From IMG/VR virus record IMGVR_UViG_3300014775_000737, positions 1 through 36,339 of that record: a DNA stretch of 36,339 nt; one strand, given 5' to 3'. Below, in pieces: positions 1 to 8,456 of this stretch. The stretch's first letter is position 1. Each line of letters starts with the position of its first letter. Both the position numbers and the translations under genes were made by a program. Under the pieces are notes generated by a model, which worked only from the letters and a program-made list of their open reading frames with translations, was not told where the DNA came from and searched no databases. This DNA comes from a virus. Lineage: Duplodnaviria > Caudoviricetes.

Positions 1-261
1 GACGACGAAGAGAAAGAAGACAAGAAGGATAAGAAAGGAAAGAAGAAGTCTAAAGAGGAAGATGAGGTAGAGTCTTCTCAATATGATGAGGCAACCGAAG
101 TAGGTGATAAGGAAGAGGAAGCCTCAGAAGAAGAAGAACTCTCCGAGGATGAGTCCGAGGGAGATGGTACTATCAGTAAGGAAGATTTCTTTGAAACACT
201 ATCTAAGCTTGAAGATCTCTTAGGAGCAGGTGGTGAGGATTCCGATCCTTCAGAAAAATAA
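1..261 (+). CDS. 3' end of a highly acidic/lysine-rich protein (partial; possibly scaffold or structural)
   Basis: Frame 1 is open from base 1 to TAA at 259-261 (DDEEKEDKKDKKGKKKSKEE...ISKEDFFETLSKLEDLLGAGGEDSDPSEK). It is absent from the ORF track because the start lies outside the window. Confidence 0.75.
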   Translation, partial: DDEEKEDKKDKKGKKKSKEEDEVESSQYDEATEVGDKEEEASEEEELSEDESEGDGTISKEDFFETLSKLEDLLGAGGEDSDPSEK

Positions 262-276
262 ATAAAAGGCACCTAG

Positions 277-3200
277 ATGTCTGAATGCAATAACCCCACA
301 TACTACCCCGTCATTCTATCTTCGGTTGACGGGGAATGTATTTTAACAGAATATAACCTTAGTTCTACAACTACAGGTAATATCTGGAATGCAATTTCAG
401 ATGTTATGATGTGGTGTTGCCCTTTTTGGTATGTTGATGCTCCTATAGCAGTACCAGGAAGTACCCCTCCAACACCACCACCAAGCCTTCCACCTTATTA
501 CTTAGTTCCAAGTCACCCAGATCCAAAAGAAACTACTCACATTTGGCTTAGTCTTAGTGGAGGAGTTGGGGCTCAAGGAGGAACTACTCCAGGTTACCTT
601 CCCTTGGGAGGTGCGCCTGAGCCTGGGGGTGGAGGATTCCAGGGAAATACTACAGTTATTGATTTTGGTAACTTTCTTGGTAACTTCCATGAGAACTCTC
701 CTGATTGGGTAGGTATTAACCCTGAAGGCAAGCCCCTTATGTACCTAGAGATAGGTAGTGAGGTTAACCAAGATGATACTCCTCATAAGTATGTTTATGC
801 TATTAGTGGGATGACCTCTGCTACTGATGGTACTAACACCTATTATGAATTAAGTACGGTATCTTCCTTAACCACAGCACACTATGCTAGCTCCATACCT
901 ACAGAATGGAATAACGACAATACTCAGAACCAGAAGATGTCTGTTAAGTTTCTTGAGGGTACTGGGTTAAAATTACAAGATATCCTTCAAGTAGATTCTT
1001 CAATAAACTTTGCTAACACAGGTGAGGTACTTGCCTTCAACTCTACTACAAATAAGTTTGTAGTTTCCGCTGGGGGCGGTGGAGGAGGAGGTGGTGGAGG
1101 TCTTAATGATGTTGTAGATGATACCTCACCCCAGTTAGGTGGAGATTTGGATGTTAACAATTTTGATATAACATCCAACAATGATATAGATTTAGATTTA
1201 GGGGATGACGCAGGAGCCAACTACTTTAGAGTTTACAATAGTTTAGGTACTTCTCAAGCAGCTATAGATAGTAACGGTAATCTTTTCTTAAAAGGCACCG
1301 TAGATGGCAGGGATATTGCTACCGATGGAACTAAGCTAGACGGTATCGAGACTGGTGCTACCGCTGATCAAACAGATGCCGAGATTAGAACGGCTGTAGA
1401 AAATGCTACAAACTCCAACGTATTTACTGATGCAGACCATTCAAAGCTAGATGGTATTGAGGCTGGTGCCGATGTAACTGATGATACTAACGTAGATGCT
1501 GCTGGTGCTGTGATGGAAAATGATTACGATGCTTTTACTATATTAGCAGCTAATTCGGATAATAACCCTACAATTCTTACAGTAACAGAAGGTTCTCTAA
1601 TTGGTAGATCCACTGGAGGTAATATAGATGTTATAGCCTCTGGATTATTTGTATCTTCCCATAGTGATGATGGTAAACTTAGTTTTGGTGATCTTGATGA
1701 TGTAACTGATACAGCAAATAACAGTAATGCCATTACTCCACCTGATCAAACCACAGGTGTTGGTCTTGTCCTCGATGTCCCTTACCATGACTCTGGAGGC
1801 ACTTGGACTAATATTAATCTTCCTGAAATTACATCTCTTAAAACTAACAAAGGTATAGCAGAATTAACAGCTAAAAACTCTACTTTTGCCTCTGGTCCTT
1901 GGCTTAGTTTTAGTGGAGCAGCTAATACAACTGCTAACCTTAGTTTACTTACTGATTCTGCTAAAACGAACCATGCTCTTGGAGTCTGGGAGGAGGGGGT
2001 TGGTCAATATACTCAATGGTTTAGTAATGATGGTTCCTCCGCTCAATTTGGTACTACTGTTGTATCAGGAATAAATAATAGCAATGTTGCTTTAACGGTT
2101 GTACAAGGTCCAGCAGCCACGGCAGATATGTTTGTTGTTGCTAGGGCTGACGGTGCTGATCCTGAGCCAATAAGAGTTACCTCTAATGGAACTGTCCAGA
2201 TATCAAACTTAGAGATTATTACTGGTGGTGGAGAGTTTGTAGGTGGAGAGCACAGATTAACGCAGATTGCTGATCCTGTAGATGATCAAGATGCTGTTAC
2301 TAAAAATTATTTAGACGGTGCTTTAGCAGCAAGTGCTGTATCAGGAAACTATGTTCTTAGAGACGGTACAACATCAATAACAGGTAGACAAGATTTTGAA
2401 GACGGATTAAACGTATCTTCTTATATTGAGTTTAGCGCAGCGTCTCCTACACACGGGGAAGGTAGGGTTTATTGGGATGAAGATGATAAAACTTTATCCA
2501 TAATGACAGACCAAAGTGATGTAACTCTACAGGTAGGACAGGAGTTCTACTTAAGAGGCGTAAACAAATGGGACAATGGTACTATAGGAAACGGTAGTGC
2601 GGTTTATGTATCAGGAGCACAAGGACAAAGACCAGCACTTTTCCCAGCAACGGCTAGTGGAGCAAACTTACAGCATGATGTTATAGGATTAGCAACTCAT
2701 GACATTAGTAAAAACTCTAACGGTATAGTTACTACTTTAGGTGTAGTTAGGGGTTTAAATACAAGTCCCTATTCTGCTGGGGATGAGATTTGGTTGGGAG
2801 ATGATCTTGGGTCTTGGTCAAATTCCAAGCCAGACATAAACCATGTTTTTATAGGGTGGGTTTTGTACTCTCACGCTACAGAGGGTAAAATCTTTGTTTT
2901 CCCAGACGTAGGGCAGCACCTTGAAGATTTACATGATGTTTTCCTAGGATCACCTACCGATAATCAACTTCTTAAATATGATGGCTCTCTTAGTGGTTGG
3001 GTAAATACAAGCACAGTATACTTGAATAGTGTCTCAGCTACCACAGTTTCAGCCACAGATGTGACTATAGCAAATGATCTTAATGTAAGTGGGGATATTC
3101 TAACTAATGGAACTGTTACTGCGGTATCAGGAACGGGAGGATCTACGCTTACTACAAAAGACTATGTAGACAGTGTTGCTGGTGGGTCTCCTTTTACCTC

Positions 3201-4173
3201 ACCTGTAGAAATTAACTATAGTTCTTCTACAACTCCGTCACTTACAATAAGCTCAACTGACGATTCAACACAACCTGCTGCTTCTCCAATTATAGATATT
3301 ATTTCGGATAGGGCCACTGTTGCTGATGGGGACTACCTGGGTCAGATTAAGTGGAAGGGTAACTCTGATACGGGAACAGAGAGAGTCTTCGCTAAGATGA
3401 CAGGTAAATGTTCCGATGTCACTAACGGAACAGAAGATGGGCTTTTAGAGTTTGCTGTTCAAAAAGCAGGATCTCAGACTATTGTCCTCCGAATAGCTCA
3501 GAACGGTATTAAACCAATTAACGGTACTGATATTGATATGACCAATGGCGGTACTGTTACGGATCTTCCTACACCTACTGCTGACGGAGATGCTGCTCCT
3601 AAATCCTATGTGGATAGTGTAACCGTCAGTGATGTTTGGGTAAGAGATATTCCTATTCACGGTAACAGTATTTATTATAACGGGTCAGTATTTACAGCAG
3701 CTAACCCTGGAGTAATTAACAACACAGACTTTGATTCAGCAGCGGCTATCCTTCAAATGGCAGCAGCAGCGGATAGAGCAGGACATTATCAGTTCAGAGT
3801 ATGCGAAGATCTAGATGTATCTGAGGATATTAAACTATTCTTGATGTTTAACTTGACAGGAAGCCCTGGAGCTTCAGATACAGTAGTATTCGATTTTAAT
3901 GGAAGAGCTAGAGGGAATAATGAATCTTTCGGTAGCGGGGGACACTTATTTAGTACAGTAACTACAACAACTACTATAGGATCAAGTGGATCAAACCATA
4001 GTAGTGGAGATTTATTAGAAATAGATCAAGGAGTAGTTATTCCTGGGGGCACCCTTACTTACGGGGATTTTGTAACCTTTACTGTAATGAGAGATGTAAG
4101 TGCTGATAGTTTTGGAGGTAACACCCAGATGTTAGGCATGACTCTCTTAGGAACTAAGAGAAAATTAGCATAA
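277..4173 (+). CDS. Large mosaic virion fibre protein (head or tail fibre), 1298 aa
   Basis: Rich in Gly/Ser/Thr/Asp. Carries motifs typical of phage fibres: DDTSPQLGGDLDVN, KLDGIExGA twice, DAVTKNYLD / LTTKDYVD / DAAPKSYVD, and LxDLxDV...LL(K/A)(Y/F) units, plus poly-Gly and Pro-rich linkers. Confidence 0.75.
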   Translation: MSECNNPTYYPVILSSVDGECILTEYNLSSTTTGNIWNAISDVMMWCCPFWYVDAPIAVPGSTPPTPPPSLPPYYLVPSHPDPKETTHIWLSLSGGVGAQGGTTPGYLPLGGAPEPGGGGFQGNTTVIDFGNFLGNFHENSPDWVGINPEGKPLMYLEIGSEVNQDDTPHKYVYAISGMTSATDGTNTYYELSTVSSLTTAHYASSIPTEWNNDNTQNQKMSVKFLEGTGLKLQDILQVDSSINFANTGEVLAFNSTTNKFVVSAGGGGGGGGGGLNDVVDDTSPQLGGDLDVNNFDITSNNDIDLDLGDDAGANYFRVYNSLGTSQAAIDSNGNLFLKGTVDGRDIATDGTKLDGIETGATADQTDAEIRTAVENATNSNVFTDADHSKLDGIEAGADVTDDTNVDAAGAVMENDYDAFTILAANSDNNPTILTVTEGSLIGRSTGGNIDVIASGLFVSSHSDDGKLSFGDLDDVTDTANNSNAITPPDQTTGVGLVLDVPYHDSGGTWTNINLPEITSLKTNKGIAELTAKNSTFASGPWLSFSGAANTTANLSLLTDSAKTNHALGVWEEGVGQYTQWFSNDGSSAQFGTTVVSGINNSNVALTVVQGPAATADMFVVARADGADPEPIRVTSNGTVQISNLEIITGGGEFVGGEHRLTQIADPVDDQDAVTKNYLDGALAASAVSGNYVLRDGTTSITGRQDFEDGLNVSSYIEFSAASPTHGEGRVYWDEDDKTLSIMTDQSDVTLQVGQEFYLRGVNKWDNGTIGNGSAVYVSGAQGQRPALFPATASGANLQHDVIGLATHDISKNSNGIVTTLGVVRGLNTSPYSAGDEIWLGDDLGSWSNSKPDINHVFIGWVLYSHATEGKIFVFPDVGQHLEDLHDVFLGSPTDNQLLKYDGSLSGWVNTSTVYLNSVSATTVSATDVTIANDLNVSGDILTNGTVTAVSGTGGSTLTTKDYVDSVAGGSPFTSPVEINYSSSTTPSLTISSTDDSTQPAASPIIDIISDRATVADGDYLGQIKWKGNSDTGTERVFAKMTGKCSDVTNGTEDGLLEFAVQKAGSQTIVLRIAQNGIKPINGTDIDMTNGGTVTDLPTPTADGDAAPKSYVDSVTVSDVWVRDIPIHGNSIYYNGSVFTAANPGVINNTDFDSAAAILQMAAAADRAGHYQFRVCEDLDVSEDIKLFLMFNLTGSPGASDTVVFDFNGRARGNNESFGSGGHLFSTVTTTTTIGSSGSNHSSGDLLEIDQGVVIPGGTLTYGDFVTFTVMRDVSADSFGGNTQMLGMTLLGTKRKLA
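1072..1101 (+). repeat. GGN run encoding a Gly10 linker
   Basis: gggggcggtggaggaggaggtggtggaggt, in frame in the fibre gene. Confidence 0.9.
1333..1473 (+). repeat. Imperfect direct repeat encoding KLDGIE(T/A)GA, two copies 111 bp apart
   Basis: aagctagacggtatcgagactggtgc at 1333 and aagctagatggtattgaggctggtgc at 1444. Confidence 0.85.
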
Positions 4174-4376
4174 TGAGTCGTAATATATTAAAACAAGTAG
4201 ATAATTTTCAACTCCACTCAGATGATCATACGGGGGAGTATTTTATTTATGATACAAATACAAAGACTTCTTATAAGGAGCCTAAGATTTTTAAAGAGCC
4301 TGAATTGTTTGGGTTCTTGTTTATTACGTTGTTAGAAAGGTTAGGAATCGAATTTATTCAATTAGAGGAGGAATAG
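4173..4376 (+). CDS. Small hypothetical protein (possible fibre chaperone/accessory), 67 aa
   Basis: Coupled to the fibre gene by a TAATG overlap. The function is a positional guess only. Confidence 0.6.
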   Translation: MSRNILKQVDNFQLHSDDHTGEYFIYDTNTKTSYKEPKIFKEPELFGFLFITLLERLGIEFIQLEEE

Positions 4377-4377
4377 G

Positions 4378-4965
4378 ATGAGGTTTCTGTCATGGTTAAT
4401 AGTAACTTTACTTTGTTGTTTAACCCCAGCACAAGAATTACAATCCCCTCAAGTTTTACAATGGACATTACCTGGATCTAATGTATATGATTTAACTTTA
4501 GCTATCTATAGACCAGTAACGCCATTTACATGGCCTTCAGTAGAAGAAGAATACTATAAAGAAATTCATGGACAAATATGGACTTTTGTTCTTTTTGAAG
4601 AAGTTCCCTCGTATCTATTTTGGTATACGGGAGGAGGTGAACAAGTTCAAATTCTTCCAATAAATTATCTACAGGGAATTAAAATTCCCAATACCCAATA
4701 CGGCCCTTCACCCATATACTTTGAAATGATGAATGGTCAACCCATTACTGGTGAGTTGTGGGGATGGGGACCGCCAGGAGACTGGACCGCCTTCGCTGCT
4801 AGCTTTTACCCTGGTCAGCAAGCAGGAAGATTTATTTTAGCTACTTTTGAAGTACCTCCCACGTTGTTGGGAACCCGGATGTCGTTTTTTCATGTAGGAT
4901 GGTATCATTCCGATAGTGATGGTTTCGTTTGGTTTGCTAATACTACAAACCAAGTCCTACTTTAA
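4378..4965 (+). CDS. Hypothetical exported protein with N-terminal signal peptide, 195 aa
   Basis: GAGGAG Shine-Dalgarno upstream. The N-terminus MRFLSWLIVTLLCCLTPA|QEL looks like a Sec signal. The body is aromatic/Pro-rich and beta-type. Confidence 0.7.
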   Translation: MRFLSWLIVTLLCCLTPAQELQSPQVLQWTLPGSNVYDLTLAIYRPVTPFTWPSVEEEYYKEIHGQIWTFVLFEEVPSYLFWYTGGGEQVQILPINYLQGIKIPNTQYGPSPIYFEMMNGQPITGELWGWGPPGDWTAFAASFYPGQQAGRFILATFEVPPTLLGTRMSFFHVGWYHSDSDGFVWFANTTNQVLL

Positions 4966-5225
4966 GGAAAACTATACCCTTGTTTTAATAGGGAGATATA
5001 AGTATTATTAAGACTATCCCGTAGAGTCTTTATTTCTCTTTCGAGAGATTCAACTTCTGATAAAAGACTTTCGGTAAATAACTCAGCTTTACTTATATCT
5101 CCTATTCTTTTTTCTAGCGCCCTTGCAGTATCAAAGTAGTAGTTATCGAGATATATAATATCTTGTATAACCTGTTCCTTGCTTCTTGGTACGTTAAGTT
5201 TCTGACCTGTAGCTCTCTTCATCAA
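4962..5225 (-). CDS. Small coiled-coil hypothetical protein downstream of the helicase, 87 aa
   Basis: Overlaps the helicase 3' end. Heptad pattern LLSEVESLEREIKTLRDSL. Its stop codon overlaps that of the convergent gene in TTAA. Confidence 0.65.
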   Translation of the reverse strand: MMKRATGQKLNVPRSKEQVIQDIIYLDNYYFDTARALEKRIGDISKAELFTESLLSEVESLEREIKTLRDSLNNTYISLLKQGYSFP

Positions 5226-6597
5226 ATATCTCCACTAAATGTCCTTCGTTTTTATAGTGTTTTATTCTTTTGTTAGAATGTTGTAAGAGGTATTTTTCTT
5301 TGTCTTTAAAATCATAGACGTATACCTCATCTTTATCTTCATGTGTTCTTAAAGCTCTACCTAAAGCTTGGATCGTTGCGATTTCGGACTTCATCCCTCT
5401 GGCATTGATGAAGTGGGTGATTTCTCTAATATTGACGCCCGTCTGTAATATCTTTGTTCCAATAAGGACAGAAGATCTATCTTGAGTTGTGAATCTATTG
5501 ATACTTTTATACCGCTCTCCGAGGGAGTTCGCCCCTTCGAGAAACTCAGCCCTGAATTCAGCAAGATTTTCTTCCAGTAATCGTCCGTGATCAAGTTGCT
5601 TGGTAAGTATAAGTATGCGATTTCGTCTTCCATTTTTTGCTATCCTCCTAACTAAATTAACGATAATCTCGTTCCTCTCTTCGTTATTTACAATGTAATT
5701 ATCATAAACTTCGAGATAAGACATATCAATATCATTAGAGCTTGCTGTGTACTCCCTTTCAATAATTGATATGTGAGGTTTTGCTAGGGTTCCCTCCTCT
5801 ACTAATTCGGAAGTATTGACACTTTCTAATATTTTTCCAAAAGCTCCCAACAAATTATGTAGTGGTATTTCATCTGGTGGGGGTGTTGCTGTAAAACCGA
5901 ACCGCCATTGGGCATTAGGGAAAGCCTGAATAGCCGCAACAGTGGTATCTCCAGAGCAAAACTCATGGCACTCGTCAACTAATAAAATCTCTGTTTCATC
6001 CAAATGGGTATCAATGATCTTCTCAATACTTTGGACTGTGCAGATCATTATATCCCCATACTCATACCCCTCACCCGAACACCTCCCTACAGTAAACCCA
6101 CACTCAGTTAGAAACTCATAGTTTTGGTGGAGTAATTGTTTGGAGTTTACTAATAGAACTACCTTCATCCCAGGCTCATATATGCTTTTTAATAACCCTG
6201 TCATTATCAGGGTCTTTCCTGAGCCTGTAGGAGACTTTATAACACCTCTACCCTCTTGGATGGCTTCCTGAATAAGCTCTTTTTGGTATTTGTAGTAGGT
6301 GAAACCTTCTATATTTCTAAGTTTTTTGGTATTTGAGTTATCTTTGGGTGATTCTATGACGATTTCAGGGAAGCACTCGATCTTCTCTAAGGTCTTTAGG
6401 ACTGAATCAAGGAGACCCGATCTAAACTTACCTGCATTTGTAATAAATCGCTTCTTCCCATCCCACCTACCTGCCCGATATTGGGGTGAATAAGAAGCGC
6501 CAGGAACCTTAAAGGTATATATGTTCTGGAGAGCCTTAAATAGTTTAGGGTTGTCCGTCTCTAATTTCGATTGTTGTATGCCTACAGTAATCCTCAT
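5194..6597 (-). CDS. uvsW: SF2 DExH DNA helicase, T4 UvsW-like
   Basis: N-terminal FKVPGASYSPQYRAGRWDGKKRF, typical of UvsW. Walker A SPTGSGKT, Walker B VDECHE, motif III TAT, motif V LQTGVNI, motif VI QALGRALR. Confidence 0.92.
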   Translation of the reverse strand: MRITVGIQQSKLETDNPKLFKALQNIYTFKVPGASYSPQYRAGRWDGKKRFITNAGKFRSGLLDSVLKTLEKIECFPEIVIESPKDNSNTKKLRNIEGFTYYKYQKELIQEAIQEGRGVIKSPTGSGKTLIMTGLLKSIYEPGMKVVLLVNSKQLLHQNYEFLTECGFTVGRCSGEGYEYGDIMICTVQSIEKIIDTHLDETEILLVDECHEFCSGDTTVAAIQAFPNAQWRFGFTATPPPDEIPLHNLLGAFGKILESVNTSELVEEGTLAKPHISIIEREYTASSNDIDMSYLEVYDNYIVNNEERNEIIVNLVRRIAKNGRRNRILILTKQLDHGRLLEENLAEFRAEFLEGANSLGERYKSINRFTTQDRSSVLIGTKILQTGVNIREITHFINARGMKSEIATIQALGRALRTHEDKDEVYVYDFKDKEKYLLQHSNKRIKHYKNEGHLVEIFDEESYRSET

Positions 6598-6629
6598 ATA
6601 CTATAATAGATTATAATGGAGATTTTTTT
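6598..6629. promoter_or_regulatory. Putative bidirectional promoter (inverted TATAAT boxes) with RBS for the gp26-like gene
   Basis: TATAAT-AG-ATTATA at 6602-6615, a second TATAAT at 6612-6617, and GGAG at 6618-6621, all in a 32-bp divergent gap. Confidence 0.6.
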
Positions 6630-7379
6630 ATGGAAAATTCAACCCCACTCTCCCCAGAGCAACAGGATTTAGTTGCTTCTATCTTAGGGGAATACAATAC
6701 CGACGCAGATAGCCTCTATGTTGAGGCAGAATTACCCTCAAGAGGCATTGCTTACCGAGGAAACACAGTAACTATTCGTCCCTTCACCTTTGAGGACGAA
6801 AAATATGCTCTCGGTCCCGCTGCCAAGATGCAGACCTCTAACTTTGTTAACCTCTTGCTCTCTAGATGTGTAAAAGGTATTGATGTAGAGGATCTCTTAC
6901 TTATGGATAGAGATTATCTTCTATTCAAACTCAAAGAACTGAGTACAGGGGAGACAATTACCGCTGGGGTGACCTGTCAAGCCTGTGGTGCTGAGAATAC
7001 TATTGATATTCAGACCTCCATGTTAGAGAATAAGAGAGTTCCAGAGGAGATGACATACCCAATGACTGTTACCCTACCTAAATTGGGTAAGGAGCTTCAA
7101 ATTAGGCCATTCAGGGTGTCCGATGAGAGGAACCTCTCTAATTTAGAGACTCTATCCAGAAATATGTGGAAAAATATTGAGTCTATTGAGGGGATAACTG
7201 ATGGTATGGTGATTGCCCAAGTTTTAGGTAAGCTCCCTGTTGAAGATGTTCACTTCCTTCTCAAGAACCTCCGTCTTTCTGAGTATGGATTACAGACACA
7301 GTTCAATTATCTGTGTGGCTGTGGGGCAGAAACGCCTATGGAGGTGCCTTTTACGGAAAGTTTTTTCGGGGGGAACTAA
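6630..7379 (+). CDS. Baseplate hub/tail assembly chaperone, T4 gp26-like
   Basis: ELPSRG...VTIRPFTFEDEK...LLLMDRDYLLFKLKELSTGE, CxxC (CQAC), a second LPKLGKELQIRPF repeat, CxCG, and a C-terminal ...SFFG. Confidence 0.8.
   Translation: MENSTPLSPEQQDLVASILGEYNTDADSLYVEAELPSRGIAYRGNTVTIRPFTFEDEKYALGPAAKMQTSNFVNLLLSRCVKGIDVEDLLLMDRDYLLFKLKELSTGETITAGVTCQACGAENTIDIQTSMLENKRVPEEMTYPMTVTLPKLGKELQIRPFRVSDERNLSNLETLSRNMWKNIESIEGITDGMVIAQVLGKLPVEDVHFLLKNLRLSEYGLQTQFNYLCGCGAETPMEVPFTESFFGGN
7361..7367 (+). other. Slippery heptamer T TTT TTC (putative programmed -1 frameshift)
   Basis: In-frame X XXY YYZ, three sense codons before the TAA of the gp26-like ORF and followed by GGGGGG. The -1 frame stays open for 58 codons. 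Confidence 0.75.
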
Positions 7380-7543
7380 TTTCCTATGAAAATATAGAGG
7401 ATTTAATTAAGGAGTCCTTTATTTTAGTATATAACATAGGACTTGATTACCCCTCAATAATGAAGATGTCCCAATACGAGAGGAATATCTTTATATCTGA
7501 ATATAGCGAGCTAATGAAGAGGCAACATGATAACCTTAAATAG
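7367..7543 (+). CDS. gp51-like / G-T-type C-terminal extension, probably reached by -1 frameshift
   Basis: RGELISYENIEDLIKESFILVYNIGLDYPSIMKMSQYERNIFISEY. The 'x-M-x-x-x-ER-x-x-(F/Y)' helix pattern matches small ORFs that follow gp26-like genes. No credible independent start or RBS. Confidence 0.7.
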   Translation, partial: RGELISYENIEDLIKESFILVYNIGLDYPSIMKMSQYERNIFISEYSELMKRQHDNLK

Positions 7544-8456
7544 TATTGATTTCCCAGAAAGACATGATAGACCTAATGTCGGGGATAAATTAGCACTTAG
7601 GGCATTATTTTACAATGATGGAGTGCTTATTGATCCCAACGATGTTAGTGGTGTCACTGTCTTTAAGTATTCTGATTATTCTACAAGCAACGTACTTGAT
7701 TCAAATAATCTAGTATCTGCTACACCTATTTTCCACTTTGAGCCCTCTGGTACAGATCAGCCTCACGATGCTGCTGACTATGGTGCTACCTGGGGTGGAG
7801 GAACCGACTTTGAAAATGCCTCTGGTATCTTCAAGTTGGGGACAGGCGATTTCGTTGCCCCTCTAAGATTGGATAAGGCACTATCAGGAGTTTATGAGGG
7901 CGTTGAACTTGAGGCTTCGTCAGCCGTATCAGCCGCCACTACCTATGTCGATATTTGGACTGTTAAATTACTAGCAGGATCTAATTACCAAGTATTTATA
8001 AATACCTTTAGTTTGTATGAGGATACGTTCCTTATGCTTACTGAGCCTTTGATTGCTAAGGCTACCACCAAGCTACTAAACAAGCATTTAAGGTACGGTG
8101 AAATAGTTGATCTAAAGTTCCCCGTTGAGGTTACTGTTCAGAACAAGAACATCTCACAGGCTATAATCAACACCTTAAAGACTACCCTGATCCAAAACCC
8201 TGCTGTTAAGATAGTAAAGGTAAATGATAACCCATCTCTGGATGGTCCGTTTACTGTTTCCGGGTATTCTGACACCAGTTCAACAGTTACTCAGACAGCA
8301 GATGGTACTATAGTCTGGAACTTTGATACCACAAACCTCGATACACTAACAGGAAATACTTTCGGGGAGGCAAGAGGAACTTATAAAGTCCATGTTCAGT
8401 ACACTCTGAACTCAGACACTATAATCTCACCCCCGTTCTACTTCACTATTGACTAA
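7527..8456 (+). CDS. Hypothetical protein, probably a virion structural protein with Ig-like beta-sandwich domains, 309 aa
   Basis: Beta-strand pattern (GTIVWNFDT...GTYKVHVQYTL), AGAGG upstream, and enrichment in the same Ser motif as the fibres. Confidence 0.6.
   Translation: MITLNSIDFPERHDRPNVGDKLALRALFYNDGVLIDPNDVSGVTVFKYSDYSTSNVLDSNNLVSATPIFHFEPSGTDQPHDAADYGATWGGGTDFENASGIFKLGTGDFVAPLRLDKALSGVYEGVELEASSAVSAATTYVDIWTVKLLAGSNYQVFINTFSLYEDTFLMLTEPLIAKATTKLLNKHLRYGEIVDLKFPVEVTVQNKNISQAIINTLKTTLIQNPAVKIVKVNDNPSLDGPFTVSGYSDTSSTVTQTADGTIVWNFDTTNLDTLTGNTFGEARGTYKVHVQYTLNSDTIISPPFYFTID

Noticed and set aside
256-276. TAAATA as a T4-type late promoter before the fibre gene
   Set aside because: Only a partial match to TATAAATA, overlapping a stop codon in A-rich sequence, and not seen recurring before other genes in the window.
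4378-4440. Lipoprotein lipobox at LLCC
   Set aside because: Does not fit [LVI][ASTVI][GAS]C. Signal peptidase I cleavage at TPA|Q is more plausible.
7313-7366. Independent GTG start for the 76-aa ORF
   Set aside because: No RBS, and the first residues (MWLWGRNAYGGAFYGK) look like off-frame sequence. The slippery site explains the ORF better.
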